Below are positions 20,501 to 29,200 of a stretch of 64,000 bases of DNA, in pieces. The stretch's first letter is position 1. Every line of letters starts with the position of its first letter. The position numbers and the translations under genes are program-made. The DNA lies in the IMG/VR virus record IMGVR_UViG_3300032285_001029, positions 32,001 through 96,000 of that record; one strand, written 5' to 3'. Origin of the DNA: a virus. The notes under the pieces were generated by a model. The model did no database searches. It had not been told where the DNA came from and was given only the letters and a program-made list of their open reading frames with translations.

Positions 20501-21707
20501 TATTCTGTCCCTGTTGCAATGAGCTAGTTGATCCGTACACCCAACATTCAACCGTAAATCCGCCAGTACCAAATCGTAAACTAGTATTACCAGTCTGTAC
20601 ATCCCATACCTGCATATAGGCATCTACGTTCCAGAAATTTAAGCTGTGTGCGCCGTTGCCGGTTAATAAAGTTGTTTGATTACTAACGATAGGTGTGGCA
20701 GTTCTGTCTACATACAAGAAAGGACCGTCACGATATCTGAACACATTATTGTTAGTAACAACAGTTCTATTGCCGCCTGCGTTGAATGGAATATCGTCGT
20801 GATGCGGTTTCCCACCACTTTGATAAAATACTGTGTTTGCATCTGAACCAATTGGTCCGCTTGGCATACTAACAGTGCCAGCTACACCTGTTCTAATTCT
20901 AAGATCGTATATACGTCCTTGGAAAGACACTGTAGCACCAGTTGCTGCTGATCGATCTACGCCAACATATAATGGGTTAGTATCTGCAAAGTTTTGACCC
21001 GAAGTACCGGTAATATAGTTTGCACCGCTAGTGACATTATTGCCACAATACAGTGTAGTGCCCGATCGATAAATGTGAATAAAATACCAACGATCACGTT
21101 CTAAAACGGTACCGTTAGTAGTTGTGCTTCCAGTACCGTTAGCATCAAAAAAGAATAGTTGATAAGACGTATTAATACCAATAACCCAACCGGTATTATT
21201 ACCTGCTGTTACGCCAGTACCGGATCCTTTGCCCATAACGTAATACTGATTAGCATCTTGTTTACGTAGTTTGATCCAAAAAGAAATGTCGAAGTTACCA
21301 CTGCCAAAGCGTAAGGCAGCTGCATCACTTACAGTGTAGTAACCATTTTCATAAAAATCACTACACCAGTCAGTATACCGTGGACCAAAATGTGTTGCAA
21401 TCGGCGCTCGTTGATAAGCATTGATCGTTGTATAAGTGTCCCAGTTATTACCAGACTGATCTTTTATTAAATGATTTGCAACATCCGAATCCTGTAGATG
21501 AACTCTAACAGTATTATAATAAGGATCTGTATTTCTAGCCTGAGGCCACGTCATTGGTGGAGTATACTTATGAAATGCATCAACGATCGAGCCTTCATCA
21601 AGTTTACTGCCGACTACATCATCTAGGTTATTAGTTCCAGATCTATTATAGTTCTTAAGATTTAATTTACGTCCAATCAGGCCGCTATTTCTTCTAGTTC
21701 TTGACAT
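17559..21707 (-). CDS. Multi-LamG/ConA-like lectin-domain virion protein, paralog A
   Basis: FTVECW...WYHIAASR...YVNG repeats; N-terminus MSRTRRNSGLIG matches paralog B. Confidence 0.8.
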   Translation of the reverse strand: MSRTRRNSGLIGRKLNLKNYNRSGTNNLDDVVGSKLDEGSIVDAFHKYTPPMTWPQARNTDPYYNTVRVHLQDSDVANHLIKDQSGNNWDTYTTINAYQRAPIATHFGPRYTDWCSDFYENGYYTVSDAAALRFGSGNFDISFWIKLRKQDANQYYVMGKGSGTGVTAGNNTGWVIGINTSYQLFFFDANGTGSTTTNGTVLERDRWYFIHIYRSGTTLYCGNNVTSGANYITGTSGQNFADTNPLYVGVDRSAATGATVSFQGRIYDLRIRTGVAGTVSMPSGPIGSDANTVFYQSGGKPHHDDIPFNAGGNRTVVTNNNVFRYRDGPFLYVDRTATPIVSNQTTLLTGNGAHSLNFWNVDAYMQVWDVQTGNTSLRFGTGGFTVECWVYGSTSSLQQGQNNGIIGKGSGNTSSGSGWSLWVDSSGYVRWDDASQAINCSPNNPIRFGGWYHIAASRVGTAANQFYIYVNGNLTYQGTVSTDYSGTETMVIGNSRNNQYSNWNGYICGLRLSNTGRYSGSGSPYNVELSTFKDSSMAVDANTVYLIGTTGTQDPANGGSHYRDAGQSGCAPVRHSSEIITNYNPYSRTGHSAFPNRDTNTKLVVTQNGSNFAFSTNNFSVEMWIMPHWLDQDNTTFRTLWCTQAAYSDAGLWLRRSFRKSYELHGNNNIIIATWEDFSGSNIWNHILVQRVNGNLAIYVNGRKRAETIYTTTITCPSGRFYIGNCYSSNHRTDSGATTGFSDIRVVNGSAPYASGNYNPNYIEVPRNPLTAVSNCTLLISALNSGFYDASGQQQRVEPGGPNDPANPYSFEIYSVSYGPYQGIQDWDRTKQMFGQAVDTARGMDAYGPVRGDSTYPDYSWITRLTNHNPWTIECWHWVYMTQIGAPGPGNNYASLYTATSGGHEGWRIIVHQSNTSASYCDITFEWWTAHNSGVQRMYSSSNYLRNIASGYAWWHIAVCWDNTKGSKLAIFVNGYRVATSGTFTQGQKMWNTYRLQHSGQGTGPVRISTTARYNNDSGTYTMPTTRWAYDQYTYSLIDVDEPFANKAGAAVGVMQYGVLPSYKYKRFGNASMKFGQKNPSLLCERILAQHWGQYNYLMDFRINDCTMECWAMYWDSTAGGPGTGAQGRALWQYSNNLIVMINSSGYWRFLNGNSTNPANGTFSGNSAYSTGYDYNPSTYYASTTTSGTFDHLVLMRRGGEWYFYINGIEAFIMFGTGMQTTGDQGHPDYVSSPGTTTINIAHDTYSQSGISWAGFIQDFRVSAIARYETRAKRFTPITFTVSSSSGAIITTTTSLNNLCVMTQPVTFASNFGNIVSSTTYYITNVFDNNLTVATTIGGVPVQVGTTTGQSIVATTQDKTVSAMCHAQTDTFALPTALFPSY

Positions 21708-21710
21708 ATA

Positions 21711-22115
21711 TTATGGTAGTGTTGTAGCTTGTGTGATAATTTCGTATGAGCAAGTAGCTTGTAGTGTACTGTTGTTGCTAGCAATTACTTGCAATGAATC
21801 GCCTTCTTGCAGATAGATCGTAGTATCTTTACCAATTAAAATCAACGTTGATTTTTCTGGAACAGTAACAGTATATGCAAGTGCATAAGTACCTGTTGTA
21901 CTAGCCGGAGGACCTGCTGTAGTAACAGTTCTTACCAAGTTTAATGTAATATCATTTGCGTATGCTGAAATGTTAGCTATCATTACCATGTTTACTTTGA
22001 CAAGATAACCCGTAGTTGAACCGTTTGATAAAAGTGTTGCACCGCCTGTTGTAGCTGCTATTGTTTGCGTACCAGCTGTGATTAGGCCAACACTAATAAT
22101 ATTTGGAGCTGCCAT
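21711..22115 (-). CDS. Small beta-rich virion adaptor-like protein
   Basis: 134 aa, MAAPNII...YLQEGDSLQV...CSYEII; AAGGA RBS; ATAAATA at 22139-22145. Confidence 0.7.
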   Translation of the reverse strand: MAAPNIISVGLITAGTQTIAATTGGATLLSNGSTTGYLVKVNMVMIANISAYANDITLNLVRTVTTAGPPASTTGTYALAYTVTVPEKSTLILIGKDTTIYLQEGDSLQVIASNNSTLQATCSYEIITQATTLP

Positions 22116-22141
22116 GTTTTAATTCCTTTAATCTGTAATAT

Positions 22142-22879
22142 TTATCCGCCGAAAACTAACGCCATCGCAATTGCTTTACCGATAGATGTTAATCGACTTG
22201 TATTTTCCCAAATTTGGGTACCATAAATTGCACCGTTTGCAGCAATACCTCCGCCTACCACTAACGCACCAGTTGTTGTGTTAGTTGCGGCCTTAGTACT
22301 AGCAATTGTGAAAACAGCAGCACTTGAGTTACTGCCCATGCTAATCGCAGTTGCGGCACCAAATGCATTCACAGTTGTTGCTGTTGTATTGTAAAGCGTT
22401 TGAGTTGCACTGTTACCGACTACAGTGGGATTGTTTAAAGTTAACGTACCAGAAGTTGCACCAATGTTTAGTGTAGTAGCTGCTGTAAATGCACTAATGC
22501 TAGTAGCGGTTGCAGTTAACAAATTGAAACTAGTATTACTAGTAACTAATTGATCTACGTATGCATTAACACTGCTGCTAATAATATAGTTAGTACCATC
22601 TGATGAAAATGTTATACTTGCCAAACTAGGAACAACTTGTAGAGTTGTTCCGCTGGAGCCTGGACCGACAAAAACACCGCTTGGGGTTTGGAAAGTTACG
22701 TTTCCTCCCGCCGCATTGTAAAATGTCTGCGGAATACCACTATAAAGTGCCGGACTTGGCAAATTAACTTGGTAAGGAGCCGTTCCAGATAACGTCGTTA
22801 AAAGCCCCTGTGTTGGAGCGGAAATTGTTTGCGCTCCAGAAATTGATGTTGTTCCTACAACGGTATTATATCGTGCCAT
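22142..22879 (-). CDS. Fibre-like structural protein
   Basis: T/A/G-rich; TTTGALVVGGGIA fibre motif; C-terminus KAIAMALVFGG; TAAATA at 22909-22914. Confidence 0.65.
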   Translation of the reverse strand: MARYNTVVGTTSISGAQTISAPTQGLLTTLSGTAPYQVNLPSPALYSGIPQTFYNAAGGNVTFQTPSGVFVGPGSSGTTLQVVPSLASITFSSDGTNYIISSSVNAYVDQLVTSNTSFNLLTATATSISAFTAATTLNIGATSGTLTLNNPTVVGNSATQTLYNTTATTVNAFGAATAISMGSNSSAAVFTIASTKAATNTTTGALVVGGGIAANGAIYGTQIWENTSRLTSIGKAIAMALVFGG

Positions 22880-22918
22880 AGTTTCTCTCTTTTTACACTA
22901 TCTTAAGTTATTTACCAA

Positions 22919-23260
22919 TTACGCTGTGCTGGTTTCTATACCATAGACTGTGACATTAATGCCACTAGCCACGCTGGCTTGAACCCACACGTAAGGTGCG
23001 CTGGCTGCACTGGTAACTAGACCAGTTCTTTCAAATACACCTTTGGCCTGTAATACAGTATCGTACTCGATGTATTCTGCTGTTGCTACACCGCCTGCTG
23101 TACTTGCTGTACTAATCGCCACCCTAAATGTTACGCTGCTAGTGGTAGTATTTGTTATACTAACATTGAACACAGAATAATAACCAGATGGTGATGTATA
23201 AACCAAATTGTTTGTGTTGTTTGTAGCTAAAGCTACGTTTCCTAATCTTCCTGTTGCCAT
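22919..23260 (-). CDS. Small beta-rich virion adaptor-like protein
   Basis: 113 aa, MATGRLG...VYT...EYIEYD...FERTGLV...VYGIE; GGAG RBS. Confidence 0.7.
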   Translation of the reverse strand: MATGRLGNVALATNNTNNLVYTSPSGYYSVFNVSITNTTTSSVTFRVAISTASTAGGVATAEYIEYDTVLQAKGVFERTGLVTSAASAPYVWVQASVASGINVTVYGIETSTA

Positions 23261-23275
23261 AGTTTTATTTCTCCA

Positions 23276-26200
23276 TTATCGTTGCATAAAGAATCCCATA
23301 GCGACCGGTGCCCCGTCAATACCGCCTGTGAAATTCATCTTAGCTGTTACTTTTATTTGTCCACCAGATGTAGTACTGATGGTATTACCTGCTACATATA
23401 TAACACCTGCTGTTAACGTGTTAACATTCAATTGACTTTGACCGCCACCAATCTGCGATGTAATATAACTCTTAATTGCCTTTTGTGTTGGAACAATATT
23501 ATCACTGTTAGCAGTAAAATACGGATCTGTTGAGAACTGTGTAATTACTGCACTGGCAACGCCAACACTAACACTACCAAGTTGCAAGCTCTGTAGTCCT
23601 GATAAGTTAAACGCACTAGCGTTCAATGTAGCAGTACCTGTAGCCTGTTGTACTCCAAATAAGTTACCAACGTTGAAGTTACCATCTTGGTCAGTACTTG
23701 TAAAGAATACTCGTCCACCGACATTTGCATAAGTCTGATTTGCAGTGATAGCGGTAGTTGTATCTACATTCGGATAGTTAGTTGTTACTTGATTACCAGT
23801 TCCAATATATAAGAAATCGTGACCTGTTAATCGAACTTGACTATATTTTAATCTTGTTGTAATTGTATCACCATGCGCTGGAGCATTTGCTACACTTAAA
23901 CTTGGATTAATTTGGAATGTAGCTGTATAATTTCCTAAACTTCCTAAAAGATTTGTAACTGATACTAGTTTAAACCAAGTATTTGGAATACTAGCAAACT
24001 GCACATTTGCACCTGCAGTCGGCTGTGAATATAAACCAGATATTGATATAAACGTACTTGGTTGATACAAATCTGAATAACCGTCACCGGATACACTAGC
24101 AACTGCAGCAGTATTAGCTGTTCCTCGATTACTAAATGTTGGATTAGCTAATGCGCCGACACCCATTCTAACTCTTGTTGATGCTGTTTTAACTTTGTTA
24201 GGATCAGTTTGAGTTATAATCGGGCCTGCTCTATAACTAGCTGTCAGCCCAGTTCCTGTTGATAATGAAACTGCTGTTGCACTTCCTGCAGTTGCAGATA
24301 CTTTAAAACTTGTATTAGTAACGATAGTTGATCCAATAACATAATACGTAGTATTAGTAATTAAACCATATGAATCTAAACCAGTAAATTCAATTGGTTG
24401 AGAATCTGCTAAATTTCGTGTACTTGATGTTGTAATAACATTTGTACTGGTAGTAGTTGCTGTAATACTGCCGTAAGGATAACCAGAACCAGGTTCAATC
24501 ATTCTGATTTCAGTAATTGCTCCAGATGCAGCTTTCATTCTACCTTGTGCAGTTGCTCCAGTAAATATGCTAGTTGCCGCTGTTCCACTAGTATTTGCTA
24601 CACTTGCCCACATTGGATAATTGCTAATACTACCAAATACAATGCCTTTCCAGTTGATGCTTCCAGAAAGTGTTCTTAATGTCCAGTTAATTCCGTCTGG
24701 GCTAGTAGCACAGGTACTTGTGCCTTGGGCAATTGCTATGAACAGTCCTTGTCCATATGCAACTCTTGTCCATGTTAAACTTGATGAAAGGATACTTGTT
24801 GTTGCGCCGCTACATGATGGAGCAGCAGTCCATGTTGCGCCTGCACCGTCGATACTGTATGCAACAGCACCACTAGCAGCAAGAGCTACAAATCTTCCAT
24901 TGCCGTAAGCAATGCTGGTCCAAGTTGTACTGGTAGGCATATTTCCACCTGCAGCCCAAACACCTGCGGTATATACTGCGGTAGTCTGAGATCCAGTTGC
25001 TACAGCAACAAATATACTGTTACCAAATGCAACACCGGACCATGTGCCTGCACCTAATGATGTAATTGCTGTAGTAGTCCAAGTATTACCATTAGCTGTA
25101 ATTGATGCTGTTCCTGCACCGCCTACTGCCATCCAAACTGGACCGCCGCCTTGAACACCGAATGTAATATCTGCATAAGTTCCTGCAGGTACGTTACCTG
25201 AACCTGTTGACCAACTACTTCCTAGGTTTGCCAGTGTTTGATATGATGCTGCTGCTCCGCCGCTGGCAGGAACAGCTATGAACTTTGCATTTGTATCTAC
25301 AATAGTTACTGTAGGTTGCGATGTATAACCAGTTCCGCCGTTGTTGCCGACTGCAATACTGGCAACACCATTATTACTTAATGTAGCTGTTGCTGTTGCT
25401 TGATTGCTAGATCCACCGCCTGACACGGTAACTGTAGGTGCAGTTGTGTAATTTTTACCATAAGTGTTAACAGTAATTGATGTAATGATATCGGTTCTTG
25501 CAGCCACAGTTGGTGCTACACCGTACGAGGAACCACCGACAGTTACAGTAACTTGTGTAATTGCACCGTTAAGAACAACGGCTGTTGCTGTGGCACCCGA
25601 TCCACCGCTTACTGCTGTGAATGCGATTGACGGTGATGTTGTATAACCAGCACCGCCGTTAACAACTGTTACGCTAACAACTTGTCCTGCTGTTGCACCA
25701 CTGCCTAATACTGCTGTGAGAACAGCACCACTTCCGCCTAAACCGCCAACAACTGCGGTTGCTGTTGCGCCTTCACCGCCGCCATATTGTATACCCATCC
25801 ATGTAGTATTAGTTACTGCGCCTGCACTACCCCAAGATGTACCATTAGTACTGTATGCGGTAACTGTACCGCTAGTATTAATAGCAACGTATGCACCAGC
25901 ACCAAAAGTTACATCTGTATAAGCTGCACTTGGTACAGTTAATGCTGTACTAGTAAATCCTGGACCTGTATATGTAATACGTGGTTCAATTAAGTATGTT
26001 GTAGTTAAATCTAATGTAGCAGATATTGTAGTTCCAGGAACAACATGATCCCATCCAGCTGCATAGAATGTTACTGACTGAGCCGTAGTAGTTGTAATTG
26101 CAGTAGTTAACGCAGCACCACCACTAGTTGCAGATACATTAAATGTAGTTGCACTAGCAATTGCCTGAACATAATACACTACCCCTGCTGTTAATCCACC

Positions 26201-29200
26201 TACAGTGGTTGCTACATAGAATGGCATAGTTACATACAATGTTGCAGTGCTTGCTACTGTCACTGTACTTGGGCTACCTTGTGTTGTTGCTGTAATTGTT
26301 AATGTAGTAAATGATTCTTTATAAACTGTAGCTACTTTACTACCGTTGCTATATGTTAGTATTGCAGCAGTCTGTCCTACACCTGTACCAGCTGTAATGT
26401 TGATTCGCATGCCAACATAAGCTGTACTTAATGATGTATCTGCAGCACTAACTGTAATACTCACTCTGTCACCAGTCTGTGCTGTACTCGCAGCGGTAAC
26501 ATAACTTGTACCGCCTACGCTAGTTGTAGTAGCATCACCGTTGTCAGTAAGTCTTGTTTCAAACACTGCATTATCACGGAATTCATCGCCGATGGCCGCG
26601 GCATTGTAGCCCGTGCCACTGATAGTATATGCAGCGTTGGAGTAATTAGTACCTGCATTTTGATACTCAAGTCTTAATACTTTATTAGAGCCATCTGTGA
26701 ATACGTTGGTTATGTATGCCTGACTTGCATGATTATTTAATGTTGCATAGATCGGTGTTTCTGTACTATCAACACCTTCGGCGATAACACCATATGTACC
26801 ATATGAGCTATTACCATTAGTAGCACGAATACGTCCACCTAATTCTGCTAGATATCCTGCGTAATTATAGTACGAGAATACAGAAACAGCTTCTACTAAT
26901 GAGTTGTGACCAGTACACCATATACCGATACCATCACTGATAATTGTTGTATAGTCATTAGATACGATACTTCTGTTTCCACCGGCGTGTAATGCACCGT
27001 CTATCTTTTGTCCTATACAACCTGTTCCAAATACAGAAAGATTTTGAGCATAAGGACTTCTTGCGTAAATCCATGCATTGCTATCGTTTGGTCCAAATCC
27101 TGGATCTAAGCTTGCGTAAGCACCAGCTGTTGGACGCTTTGTACCATAACTGTTTGCAGCACTCAATGATCCTGTTAATCCACTTAAGGTCATATTTCTT
27201 AAACCAGTAGCATTTCTTAACAAGAACATGTTGCTTAACAATGATCCGTTTATATCGTTTAAATATAAATCTGCAGTACGTAGACTTCTATAGTTACCTG
27301 GATACTGCATGTCGTAAACAATAGCATCGACCCAGTCTCGTATGTACTGTCGACAGGTTGTTCCACTAAATGAATAACGTACAGTTAGACTTGGACTTGA
27401 AACATTAGATGTAATTGTTACAGCAGTCGTTGATCCTTGCGTTGCAGTTACTGAAAATGCTGTACTTGCTAAATTTGCTGCTAACACGTAGTAAGTTGTA
27501 CCTGTTGTAATACCGCCAGCACTAGTACCTGTGAATACTACAGGATCGCCTGCAACAAAATTATGTGCAGAACTAGTGTTAATTAAATTATTTGTTATCG
27601 CTAAACTACTAACAGTACCACCATAACTTTGAGTGATATAAGCAGATGCTTCATATGCTAAAAATTCTTTATTAGCACGAATAATTTCGGCACCTTTAGT
27701 TGTACTTAATGATGTTGAATAAGTTAATGTACCTGCATACTGAACATTTTGTCCAGATATAAATTGTGTACCGTTAGCATAATAAATGATGTCGTCAATA
27801 ATTGAACTAGCTCTAGCTACTGCTCCTACACCTGCAATTGGTTTGATCTTATTCAATAAGAAATTAATCATACCTAATTCAGCAGTTTTTTGACTTGAAA
27901 TTACAGTCTGTGCAGAAGTATTAGTAAATCCTACAGAGTATGCATAGTATCTTCTTGCTGCGATTGCACTGGCAGCATTACTGCTATAGGTCAAATCGTT
28001 TGCAATTGCAGTTGCAATATATCCAACGTCTCTGCTACAGGTAGCGGAGTTAAATGACAAACTTGGATAATATTTTTGAACCCAAACAACACCATCGGAC
28101 TGAATTTCTGACAAACGTTCTACTACTGCAGCGTATGCCGTATTAAGTAATGTAGTTGCTCCAGCAGAATAAAATGCAACTGCTGTATCGGCTGTACCGT
28201 TGTTAATCCAGTTGACAACATTCGTAACACGATCTTGTGCAAAACTTGCTGCGTTTGCACTACCAGCTGTACCGCCTGTTACTTGTGTATATGTAACCTG
28301 TCCTGCAGGTGCTGACACAGAGCCTTTTGTAATAACAGTGCTAATTTCGGATTTTAATTCATTGTACATTGCAGCCATTGCTGTTTTACACTGCGCTGCA
28401 GTTTGACTTGTGACTTGAATTGTGAATACTGTATAAGAATAATATTCACTACCTGCAATGTTACTTTGGCTGTTACCACCGTAAATCATGTCATAAACAA
28501 TACCGTCTAAAACACGACCAACCATTGCTTTTACATTAGTTGATGTCAATGCTGTTCTAATAGTGCTGTAGTTATTTGATAGATACTGATCACAGTTAGC
28601 TTGTAAGAAATTATAGTTTTGTATAACTTGTTGTGCGCCATATCCATAGCCAGTTGATACACCAGTAGCATTACCAGTAGTTGTGTAAGCAGTGTTTGTT
28701 ACACTAGATGTGTTATAACCAACAGGCCAAGGCATTACTAAACTTGGAACTGAACCAAGTCCACTGTTAACAATGTTGTACATTACTGTTGAATTATTAA
28801 CAGTACTAGCAACTGCGCTGTAGCCATAAGTTACAGTTAGTGTACCGCCAGTTTGACTCGTTAACGTTACTGCTGTACTAGCATCAGCAACTGGTGTTGC
28901 TGTCGTAATGCTAAATGTTCCGCTACTTATTATAGTTTTAACATAGTAAGTAGTTCCCATAGTTATACCAGCACCCGTTGCCATTGTGCCAGTGCCAGAA
29001 AATACTACAGGCATACCAACAGTCAATGCTGAAGTGTCTGCAACTGTAATATATCCAGGGGATCCTGCTGTTACTGCAGATGCACTAAAACTTGGTGATG
29101 CATAACTTCCAGTATCACCTGCTGCTAGTGTTTTAATCTGTGTTTGCGTATTACCGGTTGTTGGAGTAACTGTTGAGTTACTAATTAAATTAGTTAATAC

